Shown piece by piece: positions 23,996-35,965 of a stretch of DNA of 55,183 nt. The notes beneath the pieces are model-generated. The model saw nothing but the letters and a program-made list of their open reading frames with translations. It was not told the DNA's origin and made no database searches. Both the position numbers and the translations under genes were made by a program. Every line of letters starts with the position of its first letter. The first letter of the stretch is position 1. The DNA is from Catajapyx aquilonaris (Eukaryota): the NCBI GenBank assembly GCA_000934665.2, contig JYFJ02002535.1:1-55183 (forward strand). Direction: 5' to 3'.

Positions 23996-26900
23996 ATGGT
24001 GGTGGAGCCTCTGAAGTCCCTGGGCTCCTCCTCCATACTCCGGCCTCAGGCAAGCGGGATGACCCCGAAGGAGCTGTCGGAGAATGATGACTACGCTTCC
24101 GCCCTAGTTCTGGACCCTTTCTTAGGGTTTGTGACGCACAAAATGAACATTCACTACCGCCCCCTGAAGATCAACCGGGAGGAGTTGAAGTCTGTGGTGG
24201 CCGAGTTTGCAAAGACGAATAACTACGAGCGGGCTTTCAAGCAGCTTGTGGCGTCTTCTGAGCAGGTCACCCGTTTCTGCCAGTCCAAGACCAAGCAGCA
24301 ACAGTTGAACTTCAAGGAGCACATTTATCGGTACCTGAACATGTTTGACTCGAGAGCTGGGTTCACCATCGAGCCATGCTACCGATACTCATTGGAGGGG
24401 CAGAAGGGGGCCAAGCTCTGTGCAACGGCAAACTGGTAAGAGAAATCTCACGTTTGGTATGCGCTGCTTTGAACTTGTGTGTGCGGGTCAAGTAATTTAT
24501 TGCTTCAAGGATCTACTTATTTGCTGGCGTTTCCCCTAATCCTTGCCTCCTGTGCCAATCCTTGTCAACAGGGCAAAGAACGACAAGCTGTCGGCTCTTG
24601 TTGGCTGCATCGCTGAACTAACAGAGTTGGAAGAGACGCAGTTGCTTCACCCTGGAAAGAATGACTTTTCTGTGATGTACTCATGCCGGAAGAACTGTGC
24701 GCAACTGTGGCTGGGACCTGCTGCCTTCATCAACCACGACTGCAGAGCCAACTGCAAGTTTGTGGCAACTGGCCGTGACACTGCATGCGTCAAGGCTCTT
24801 AGAGAGATTAAGGCGGGGGAGGAGATCACCTGCTTCTACGGGGACGATTTCTTCGGGGATGGAAACTGCTACTGTGAATGCGAGACCTGCGAGCGGATGG
24901 GTAATTAAAACCATTGCTGTATTTTTTTTAGCTGGTCGACAGTAACTGCTATCAAAACCATGTAATTAATGTACGGATGTGTCATATAAATGTACAGAAC
25001 TACCGAAGTGCACCAAAAATATGTTTTTGACATTTTTCTCTTCAAGGTAAAATTATTGGTTCCGAAGGTTCTATAATATTGCAAGGTTAATAAAAGATGT
25101 AATTGTAGCACCTAGGAAATGACGTACACCTTGGAGAAAATAATGCCAAAACCTTCCACGATCCCCCCATCTACAGTCTGTGCAGCATAACATTAACCTT
25201 TAGCTGTGTATATAAGATTATTCTAATGCAGTGACGCTAGCTAATCGCCCTTTTAGTTTAAAGCCGCATTTACATGCGAGTGAATTATCGGCGAAGTTGC
25301 AGCGAAGTATTCGCCGAGCGATGGGACCAATTGTTTGGGGTGAAAATATGTTCGTTACCACGATTGTTAATTTCGCTTGGCGAAGACGTCGCTGATGATT
25401 TGCTCACATATCGTAAGGTTGCGTGTACATGTCGAGCCAATGACGAAACCAATTGTTTGGGGCTAAAATCTATTGTTACTTTCGCCCTGAACAATTTGAT
25501 TCATTGCTTAGAGAATTTCTCACATGTAGACACGGCCTACATGCCATCTAACTGATGAGTTACGTAACGCTAAGCTGCCACTTGAGCTATTTCTTATGTA
25601 CAAAGTGTTTGATGTTACGTGGCACAGACAGTAGTGTAGTGTATTGATATGCCACAAGTTGTGCGAGAATCTCACGAGTTAATTTCCTCAAGGCACGGGT
25701 GCGTATGCAAAGCATGAGAAGACGGACGAGGCGGAGAAGACGAGCGGGTACCTCCTGAGGTACACAGACAACCGCCTGAACCGGTACAAACAAATGCAAG
25801 GCAAGACGGAGGGTGGAGAGGGTGTAACCAAATCTCAGCATCAGCGCAGCCGGAGACGGCTGATGGAGCAGGAGCCGAGTTCCAACTCCAACTCGAGCAC
25901 GAGCTCCAGCTCCTCCAGCTCGAACTCCAGCCCAAGCCCCAACAACTCGCACAAGGTCCACCAGCTTCGGTGCAACATGGACTTATTGATGGCCCAGGGG
26001 TGCAAGGTGAACAGCATCTTCTTCTCTGCTGCTGCTGCAGCGGTGGCAGCTGCTGCAGCTGTTTGTGAGAGTGGGAGGGAAGAAAAAGTGAGAGGGAAGA
26101 AGGTAGCTGGGGGAGCAAGTAAGGGCAGGGCAGGGGAAGGGCAGGCCAAGCCCAGGGGAGGAGCAGCAAGTGGGAGGAGCTCCAGGGCCAAGGTATGGCC
26201 ATTGCGTGTATACTTTCCTCACCGTTTCTAGTGGCCTTTTTGCGCAATCGCTAAAGGGTTCGGAGCAGTCCGGCCGAGAGGGGGGGAGAAATATTCCCCA
26301 CTGTACGCTATGATCCCTCCCCCTCTTTAGTGATCGACTAAAGGTCAATTGCAATTGTGCAGAAAGTATATGGTGAAATCTTCTTTGCATTATCAATAAC
26401 TATGCCAAGTGCCTCAAAAGTTAGGAAGCAACATGTAGGAATTCTTTATGCCTACCAGAAGTTATTATTTTCTGACTGTGCATGTCCATGGAAAAAGTAC
26501 TGACGTATCAGTCCGATTTATTTGCCGTCATTCTCGACACATTTGCTAGTGCCATGTAATACTTATGCAAACGAGGACGTGATGAATTTATTGATGCAAA
26601 ATAAACGATCGGTGCAATTTAGGAAGCGAGGCCATATTCGGGTTTTTAAGCGTCACCCAGTGAGGAAGTTATTTTATTTATTTCGCATCTCTACAGCAAC
26701 TTGACAGTGCCCAGTGCCAATATAGATTGTTGTGACATACAGTTACATTATGCGTCTTTGAAGTGAGTTCGATCCATGTTAGTGGAAATCTGGTCTGACT
26801 TTGGAACATGTTGCACCTTTGTGAGTAGGGGAATCCATTCCAACAATGAGTTAGATGCATCGCTTGAGATTCATTGGCAACGGCTGCATAATTGTACAAA

Positions 26901-29624
26901 CTTTTTTTTTTGGTTCGAAGATTGTAACGTCTAAGAAGCCTGTGAAAAGACCAGTTGTTACACATCATTTTTGAAGAAATTGGAGCGCATTATGGTATGT
27001 ATAACGGTTTTTTTGATTAATGCAGTAGGCAAAGGTTTTTTTAATGCGATAGAGCCGACAGAGTAAATATTGTGTGCTTTTTTTTTGAATGAGGAATTTT
27101 GTAAGGAAAGCGCTTTGCCTTGTGCCAGTGACATGTGCAATATTTCTTAAGCAACGAGATGGCTGGCTACTGTGCGTATTACACGCCTGCTTGTAGGAAC
27201 ACTTTCTCTGAACACATCTGCTTTAGCACTGTCGGGGAATGTCACGCTTTGAAGAGAGGGTCCTTCTTACTGAACGGGAATGGCCAGCCGGTTGGAAGAA
27301 AATGTTAAAGGAAAAAAAAAGAATTTTTACAGATATATTTTAGATACTATCAGGTGTCAGCAGAGATCGATAAAACATGGCTTTCGTAACCTTCATCACT
27401 TCACATTTCCTGACTATCCGTGCCTTTACCATGCAAGATTCAACATTACGAAACCGACCTTCCTGCCACTCCCCTCTCCAGCTGAAGGAAGAAACAACCC
27501 TGGAAAATGCCTTGTCGTTAGGATTTGAGCCAGTTCGTTAAAAAAAAAATAATTTAAATGGCTGTGGGTAAGTCTCTCACTTGCTTTTAGGATAAACCAA
27601 ATGAGGTTTTATTTTTGAGTCGAATAAAAAAAAAGTCAAGGTCCATCTTTGCCTACTGTTATAATCAAGATTTTTTTATTACTTGCTTCAGAGTAGAAAA
27701 TTCAGCATAAAAATTGAAAACAAAAAGCATTATGCATACCTTAATGGCATGCCAATATCTTCAACAACAAAAAAATTGTCCTAAAATTCTGTACCTTTTT
27801 GCAGACATTACAGTCACTAATGACGGCTGTGCATGTGGGCAAGGGCTGATATTGAGAGTTGCGGCACAGGAAAAAGGGCTCATCTTTGCGTCAGGTGAAT
27901 ATTCCTAGCCTTGCGTGATGAGCATCGAGGATCCTTATTTTGACAACATGAATAAATTCAACAGTCGCAATGCGGGACTTTTTTTGATCTCCCATGAAAC
28001 CAAGATAAGGCTGGGAGTGTTTACATAATGTTATTGGAAAAAAATGAGTCCCCTTTTTTCTGCCTCCAAAGTTCAAACGTGATTTGCAGATAGGTTTCCG
28101 TTTCACAATCCTGTTTTTCTGGAACCTAAACCCCCTCGTAAAACTGGGCCTACCTGCATAGTGTAGGCATGAAACAGTTTTGCGTCAAAAAAAAGATACC
28201 ACCGATACGAGTTGCAATATGCATTCCCCTTGTACCATACAAGCACACGTTATTGGCAGGAAATGATAGTACAGCGAAAATTATTATAGTTCGAATGAAT
28301 ACTATCTAATTACGAACGGTGACATATTTTGGTCACAACAAATGCAGAATGATACGGTACTTTGAAATGACATGCACAATTTTGAAATAATAAATCACAC
28401 CATCTGGAAACGTAACATTTTTCTGGGCCATGTACGCTAGCTTATATTGATATTTCTTGTCCAGTGCTACTGCACATCGCATGAGTTTGTGAACGGGTGA
28501 TTCTAATTCTTGATCATGGGAGAGGAAGTGCCGGACTGGAGATGGAACGAAACGCAGGGATTCTTAGGCAATGCAGTTTGCATCAGTGAATTGTGTGAAG
28601 TCGGTCGTGCAGTTGCTCATGTTCGTCTCCCGCAATCAAGAATATAATCGCCCAGAGGGAAGCCTCTCCGTTCACAAACTTGTGTGGCGTGCAGTATATA
28701 TGCTGATTGATTTCAGTTGACTTTTAATTGCAGGATGGTGACTCGGGTCAGAAGTTCTGCATGTCTGTTGCGCCTTCATCAGCAACCAACGGCCGCGTGG
28801 GCCCGCCAGTGTCCCCTGTGGTTGCACAAGTGTCCATCAACAACCACTCCCTCCGGAACCACACCCAGACCTCCTCCCAGGGGATCACGCTTCGAAACCA
28901 GAAGCGACTAATGGAACCCTCGGGGGCGGTGTCTTCCACAGTGAGTGCGTCGCCAGATGAAAACCACACACATCGGCCGGCAGTGGGTCGGAAGAAGCAG
29001 GCCACGGATCCGGCCCCGCACTGGGGGGAGTACCAGTTGCGGCGTAGGAGTGGCGCGGGGGGTGGAGAAGGGGGAGGAGTCAGTTCAGGAGGGGCCAACT
29101 CGGTGGGCGGCGTGAAAAAGGATGTGTATGACTTTGATGACGAGGACAGTGATCTGAGTGAGCCTAAGCCGCTCAGAAGGAACAAGGCGATTGTGCAACA
29201 GCCGGCGGCTCCCCTTGCGCTGGCTCCTCCCCCTGCACCTGAGCCAACTCCTAGTTTTAGGCTAAAGCTGACTTTGAGGATGAAGCGCAGCCCTGTGCTG
29301 GATGAAGTGATTGAGTCCGGTAGCAGCATGACTGTGAACCGAACTGGGAGCCCAGAGTATGAGGTCCTCCGGGTCGAAGGCACCGGACTGGAAAGTGTGC
29401 CGGACGTGACCTCGAGGAAATCACACAAGAAAAAGCGCCATAAATCGCGGGATCGGGAAAAGCGTAGACATAGAGACTCCTGGGAACCCCCACAGTGTGA
29501 CAGCAATTCCGCAAGCAACAATAACAACAACAATAATCGCCCGCCAACTATGAAGCGCCTGAGACTCAAGCTTGGGGACGAGACACGAACCATTCACCTA
29601 CAGCAACACTCAAAGAACCTTTGA
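23996..29624 (+). CDS. Suv4-20: Histone H4K20 methyltransferase Suv4-20 (KMT5B/C family); exons 23996-24435, 24572-24900, 25693-26192, 28734-29624
   Basis: [67 protein letters not shown], post-[11 protein letters not shown](M)[18 protein letters not shown]-terminal [18 protein letters not shown] and MKRLRLKLG; phases 2,1,0 compatible; AATAAA at 31724-31729 implies a ~2 kb 3' UTR. Confidence 0.93.
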
Positions 29625-31539
29625 GGGTTGCTCACGCGCCTTTTTTTGGTGTGCATTTTTTTTGTAATATTTAATTGTTTCACACTTTCCGTTTACTGGT
29701 ACGTTGTTAAAGGTGCAGGGAAAAGGGTCGGAGACTTGCGACAGTTTTCTTTCAATGTTGTGGGAACGGGAGGGGGGAGGTAGTATAACTGATGCGCCAG
29801 GTGGTTCGGTGTAGTATTAAAATGAGTGGAGATTTGTGCAATTTGCATTACAAAGAATCATTTTGGAGAATAAATGGCCTTTGCAACAGAGGGGGTAAGT
29901 TATCATCCTGCAACTGAATTGCTTGAGTGCAAACCGAGCCTAACTCAAAATCCATAAAAGGCATCCCAGTAATGTAGTTGTAAGAACCTTGCCCCAGTCC
30001 CACTCTGTGCATTGAACCGTAACATTTGAGAGATTCGTACTTGAAATGTTCAGTGCATGCTTCCAGGTGTATATCAGACTTAAAAGACCTGGGCCATATG
30101 TGTCTAAATTAAGTGACAATCTGGAGAGCTGAGCAGGGTTTAAATCCGTGCGAGTCTCGTGAATGCGAGCGGAAATTCCTTGCAATTTTTTTTTCGCACT
30201 TTGAATTTTTATTACGACTTATAACACATCCCTTTCCTGGCCAGTGCCCTTCATGGTGGTGCCTAAAATATGGATGACCTGTTGACAGCTTAAATTGTAC
30301 ATTTTATTCGGAAAAATTTTATGCTATTCTCAATGGCGAAGTGTAATACTGCCATGGTAGGCAAGATTGAGGATTTAGTCATACGCTACAAAGTATACGG
30401 AACATTCGGAAAGTACATCGGCTGATGTAACCTTAATTGTAACGGACCTGTTCTTTAGTTTATTGGCAGTAGAATACCATATGGGGTTAGAGCCTGTTGC
30501 ACTGAAGTGTTTGGTTGCAAGATTGGGATTGCATGCCTGCAGGATTAAGCAGAGGAATTGGCTGCTGCTGGTCTCCCTAAAATCATCATGATGTAAATTT
30601 TCGTGTACAGTGTTGAAATGTAGTGTTTATTTGCTATTTGGTATATATACATATTAAAAAAAAAAAAAAGAGTAGATAAAACTGCAGCCAATTCACTGCT
30701 CCTGTTGTTCCCCTTAAGGTACTGTTGCGTGTTCACGGTTTTAACATATTATGCAAAAAGTGTGCGGAAGCACCTGAAACAATTTTTCGTGTAAATTCAA
30801 AAGGGGCGTAGGGTTACTTTGATTCGATTTTTTTTTTCTCTCGTTACGGGTTGTACCAATTTGGATTGCTACTGGAAACAAGTTGCCGCCACAAGAGACA
30901 CTCGAGACGCACCTCAGCGAACAAGACTTTTTTTTTTTTTTTGCAGAAATTACCAATAACAGTCACAGCACTTGTTGATCTTAAAACCTGGGTATGGATG
31001 CATAAAAAATGTATGCACACAGAAAGTACTGTGTTGATATGACCAAAAAAAAAAGAAAAGAGAGAGAATGAAATACTAGTGACCTACACTAATGAAGTAT
31101 TTTTTTACTTACATGACCTCCCTCCCACACCCAAATGATGGCTGCCAATCGTGATACCGGTACTAATTTATTGACACATGTCCGTACAGTATACCATTTG
31201 TAGTTCACTGCGGCAGTCGCTGCCCCCGCCCCACCTAAACCACCTGGCATAAGCAAAATAAGGTGTATTTTTGTTTCGGGGGGAAGTCCGCTGCGACCGA
31301 CGTGATCAGTGAAAATTCCATCCCTGTATTATTATTATTTTTCTCGACATTGTGTGGTGCGTTGGTGATGATGGTGTGATGACACGACTTCCACTTATAG
31401 TGATCGTCGGTGATGAGCTGTAGCACTGGAAAAGAAGAAGAAGAAAGCCTTGTATTACATAGGTTCATGATCTCACTTTTCACCCTCCTCTGTTGTGTTT
31501 AGCTTGTTCATGTACGGTACCTTTTTAATAGTTGCTGAT

Positions 31540-31584
31540 TTCTCTCTCTCTCTCTCCCGCCCCCTCTCTCTCTCTCTCTCTCTC
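31540..31584. repeat. Interrupted (TC)n microsatellite in the Suv4-20 3' region
   Basis: Two TC runs separated by CCGCCCCC. Confidence 0.8.
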
Positions 31585-32817
31585 TTGGGTGATTGTATTT
31601 GGCAATACTTGCTAAAATGAGTCTCGGACAAAAGAGAAAAACTGCCCCCCCACAACTTATTATTATTAGCTCTTTTTTTTTGAGTCCCAGTGTAAAAAAT
31701 AATATTGCTTTTATTTTGTGCTCAATAAAATGAACACAGATGCACAGAACTTTATGAACCCGTTGATTTAATTGTGCATGGACTTTTCATTTTTTTAAAA
31801 TCTATTTGCATGTGACGGATAAATCTTGCTACGCGAAAACATAAGTGATTTAAGTTTAATGGGAGGATCTAACCAAAAATCCTGTTTCCGTAGGGCATGA
31901 TCTGATCGGAAAACTTCGTACATGAACTTATCACCACAGCGCGAAGGAAGCCCTTGGACGATGGAATTTGCTTTGAGCTGATATATTTTAAGTTCCAATA
32001 TGACAACGGGAAAAGTGAATAATTGTTTTAAAAAAAATTATGGCAAACTCTGCGTTTAATATGGTCCCACATTGCTCTGAAAATTTTGTTAAATTTCACA
32101 ATTAATATAATTTCTTAATTAGATCCTTCGCTAGCCTGTTAGGCTGTAAATGAGATTACTCATTATTGATTGCAATATGAAATTTGAACTTTTTTTTTTG
32201 GATGAGTGACTTGACCCTTGGTAGTCACAATTCTTCAAAGGGTAATTAACCCAGTGTGCATATGCTTGTGTGGGTTTTTGTAATTATTATACTAATTAGT
32301 AAGTCACATTGGCATGCCACCAACCCTGCTCCCCTGAACACATACTTAGCCGTGATAGTAGTGCACCATTAATCTTAAGTACGAGTTAGGGCTCATCCTA
32401 TTTGATATGCAACCCAACCGACAGTGTTGCACGACATAACCTGCAGGATAAAAATAATTATTACGAAATATCTGATACAATTATTTGCATTACATGTTTG
32501 TTCGCCCCCAGCAACCAGTTCAAGGCGAATATGACCTGAACTGTGTAGCCCGTGTGCCCCCAAAAAATATTTGGGTGGACCAAAAATGGATTCTGATCAG
32601 GCGTACTCTGGCCTCAGTTTCGCGCATGATCTGTGCAGTTTGTGAAGCCAGTTTATTTCATCAAGCTTGCATACACCTGTTACTCGTCTCTGTACAGGGC
32701 GGAGTGGGCGTACGTAAGGTAACTATAGCTACGATTCTATTATTCCCAGGATGACAATATTTGGTCCGACTAATTGACAGATGGTATTGATTTTAAAGGG
32801 GGAGAGAGAAGATAATT

Positions 32818-33147
32818 ATGATCCAAGCTGCGACCATAGTTTCCATGAGGCTCCAGCAGGATGCTGATGCTGAGGGAGGAGGAGCAGCCGCGGATCATTA
32901 TTATTACCAAGGGAGGATGCTGTGGCCACGATGCTCCGACAGGACCAAGTCGATCATTTTTTTAACGCTGCTCATCGATTCCGTCGTACTTGGGGGCCTG
33001 GGTTACGCGATGCAGGGACACCCTGAAATGCTGCCCTACATGTGCCTTGCTGTTCTCCTGGTCACCCTCGCCCTCAGTTACCTCTGCTATCTCAGGGCCG
33101 TAGTACTGATGCCACACCAACTGCCAAGTAACAACAACGTCCAATAA
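32818..33147 (+). CDS. Putative small membrane protein with two hydrophobic segments (start Met uncertain)
   Basis: GC-rich 109-aa ORF in AT-rich flanks; segments IIFLTLLIDSVVLGGLGYAM and MLPYMCLAVLLVTLALSYLCYL; the stop TAA overlaps an AATAAA. Confidence 0.5.
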   Translation: MIQAATIVSMRLQQDADAEGGGAAADHYYYQGRMLWPRCSDRTKSIIFLTLLIDSVVLGGLGYAMQGHPEMLPYMCLAVLLVTLALSYLCYLRAVVLMPHQLPSNNNVQ

Positions 33148-33390
33148 AAAAACACACATTTGTAATTAATCCAGGTGATTCCAGCAGCTGTCCAGTTTTT
33201 GTGAACGATGTGGAAAAAAATATATTAGGTTGGGTACTACAACTGGACGGTGATTAACTTACTCGTCGTGATGGTGACAATCCAGGTGACAACACTGACC
33301 TTTTTGTGTACGCGATAAATTTCAGAAAGAGAGAAAAAAATATATATGTACCATTATCTGTAATATTAAAGTCTTATTCATGTTGTACGA

Positions 33391-33797
33391 TTATGCCTTC
33401 TGATTGGTCCGCCGCATATTGTTAACCGCGACGCTTCCGATTGGCCATCTCACACAACAATGCGAGTTGACACTGCTTACTCCTATTGTTGAGGGTCATT
33501 TCCGCGGAAACTTGAAAAGGGGTGGAGTAAGTGCATTTTCTATGATGCCATTAACAGCATGTCTTGCACCACCGCAGGCCGCAAGCCTTGAAAAAAAAAT
33601 CGAGCGAAACGAGGGTTTCTCTATAGTCTATATAAAATCCTATTAATGTTGTATGGTTATGCCTTCTGATTGGCCCTCAATCATCAATACATGAATATGA
33701 TTTTATAGACTTTGAGAAGCCCTCGCTTCGCTCGTTTTTTTCTAGGCCTGCGGCCTGCGGTGGCCGTGTATTGTTACCGCGACGCTTCCGATTGGCC
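33391..33797. repeat. Composite direct plus inverted repeat (fold-back of a small element)
   Basis: Inverted arms 33572-33639 / 33699-33760; direct repeats TTATGCCTTCTGATTGG (33391, ~33657) and TATTGTTA(A)CCGCGACGCTTCCGATTGGCC (~33417, ~33769). Confidence 0.65.
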
Positions 33798-34053
33798 CAA
33801 TTCCGCGCATGCGCAATGGATGGAGGACCTCCTCAGTTGCTAGTAACTTGCCAAAAAATTAAATTCTGTGAACATTAAGAAACTTAAAAAACCAGTTTTA
33901 ATGAATGGTATGTCACTTAGCAACCAAAACAATGGGTAAAATGCTCGACTTTTCCCTTCTCCTTTTTTCCCCCCACATCTTCCTTAATCTTCCAGAACTG
34001 CTGGTATAGAGGCGGCAAAGTTCTGGAGATGTCATCTAACAAGAATGGTACTA

Positions 34054-34901
34054 CTACGTGGCGTGCAGGTTCTTGTCCAGGTCATGAGACAGTTCTGATA
34101 CGTAATCGAAGTAGTCGACCTTCCCAGTGCCCTTTCGGTCCATCATCCTCATAGCCTCAGCAGTCTCTTCAGCGGTGAAAGGTTCTCCCCGTGTGGTCAG
34201 ATACATCAGCATTTCCTGCTTGGTCAGATAACCCTTTTTGTTCACATCAAGCACCTTCATGGCCTCCAGCAAGATATCAGTGGGGCATGTCGGGTACCTG
34301 CAAACAATCATGGCTAATATAATTGCCTTTTTTAAAAAAACCACTCTGGAAAACTCTGACCTGTTCTCATAGACAAGCTGTGCCACATATGGCACAAACA
34401 TCTCTTGAGGTGTCCGACCCCTGACCTCCTCGTCCTCTATGTCCCGAATTATCTCGCCCATCTCATATTCTGTGGGACACAAGCCTGCAACAGACGTATA
34501 ATAATAAATAAAGCTGAAGCGAAAACCACTGGAATATTTTGTATAGACAAAATGACTGACCCAGACTTCGGACTATGGGGCCAACCTCCCTGATGTTGAC
34601 GAAGTTGCTCTGCTCAGAGTCGAAGGCCTGGAAGGCGACTGTCACTTTAAGCAGTATCTCAGGAGGTCCACTGTAACATGTTATCCCTCTGGTGACCGAG
34701 CTTGACTGCTTCCGCAACCTGTGACCTGAAATTAATTATTTTGCTATCAATACTGTTATATCGAGAGTGAATGGACATCATTGGAATTTACTTATTACCT
34801 GAGGTGCGACGACTTGCTTTTTGCTGGACTGATTGATTGCTTCCAATCATCTGGCTCCCTTGTCCACTCATCAGCCTAGGTTGGCTCGCAGAAGAGGCCA
34901 T
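34054..34901 (-). CDS. EFCAB2: EFCAB2/DRC8-like EF-hand protein, copy A; exons 34901-34799, 34725-34561, 34484-34361, 34297-34054
   Basis: AFQAFDSEQSNFVNIREVGPIVRSLGLCPTEYE...LLEAMKVLDVNKKGYLTKQEM..YLTTRGEPFT matches the DRC8 pattern AFxxFD...VREIGTIIRSLGCCPTE...VLD..RGFLT..E..YMT.EGEPF; intact frame. Confidence 0.8.
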
Positions 34902-35269
34902 CTTCAATTATCTTATAGGGTGATTAAGCAACTTGTTCAGGAGGATAATTGCGACGCAGGACCTTTCCGATGATGTCAACCCCTCAACAATCAAAGTGTG
35001 TTGTTGTTCATGGATACGATGATTTGTTGTCAGTGTCACCCTTTGACGCCTACGGACGTCATATGATGTCCGAGCTTACATTGCTTGCGGGCCTACGGAC
35101 ATCATATGATGTCTTGAGATTTTTGCCTTGCCAACTTGGCTTGCGGGGGGGTGCTTGTATTACTCGTTTTCATGTGCAGTTTTACTTCTACGGATCTAAT
35201 TACGTGATTTAAATTTTATTAAAATTATAGTTCGTGTATACAACATGACACTCAAAAATGGCCAAAACA

Positions 35270-35352
35270 CAGTAAAACAGCGATATAACGCTCATGCATA
35301 TAACACTACTTTTGGGAGGTCCCGTGAAGAGCGTTATATCGAGGTTTTACTG
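35270..35352. mobile_element. Tiny pogo/Tc1-mariner-type MITE
   Basis: TIRs CAGTAAAACAGCGATATAACGCTC / GAGCGTTATATCGAGGTTTTACTG followed by TA on the right. Confidence 0.6.
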
Positions 35353-35965
35353 TATACCATTGTCATAACAATTAAAATTAAATTACTGGGCGGTTTCTAG
35401 CACCTTAATTGTCCATTTAAAATGCGAAAAAAATAGTGCAAATCAACTTTCAATCCCAGAAAATGACATGTTCAAACTTTTTCGCCTAATATTTTTTTAG
35501 GAGCAACTTCCGATACAGAATTATTGCTGTTTTCCTGCAAAATCGATCCCTACTGAAGAGCTCTTTCGATGTCACGTCTACGCATGCCCGCCAAGTCACT
35601 GACAAATGAGTTTCCATCTGGAAGTGACGAAAGCCTTGGTCTCTAAAGAGCTGTTGCACGAAAATTGACTGACTATATCCCTCCGGCAATATTTCCACTT
35701 GAGTGACTGCATTTCATTATGGTTATGACTTTGGGACGCGTTGATATGGAGACGGCTCTGTTGTCTTCCACTTACTATACGTCATGCAAGTGCGATGTGG
35801 AGAAATTATGTATGACATGGCTGTCACACAGCAGCATTACCTCCGACGTATAGGCTCACAGTAAGCAGTGGTTTGGCGATTCGGCTGTGGCCATACAGTG
35901 TGACAAGTTGTATTGTCTTGTGTATGTCTTTGAGGGCCAAAATATTTTCTTTGAGGTTATTCGAC

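Noticed and set aside
24901..24908. Suv4-20 ending at CERMGN*
   Set aside because: A phase-1 donor at 24901 joins 25693 to restore the conserved GTGA(Y/F) and TDxRLNR sequence; the stop is intronic.
28748..29593. 281-aa antisense ORF, and similar ones at 8137-8556, 11765-12163, 19118-19783, 25672-26247 and 54510-55178
   Set aside because: Shadows of GC-rich or low-complexity coding exons on the opposite strand.
33836..33924. Two RFX X-box-like motifs (GTTGCTAGTAAC, GTCACTTAGCAAC) near a ciliary gene
   Set aside because: They lie 3' of EFCAB2 copy A rather than at its promoter, and I did not see them at copies B or C.
35048..35113. Tandem palindromic repeat GCCTACGGAC(G/A)TCATATGATGTC x2, superficially array-like
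   Set aside because: Only two copies with a short spacer in a eukaryotic intergenic region; not a CRISPR array, most likely a transposon subterminal remnant.
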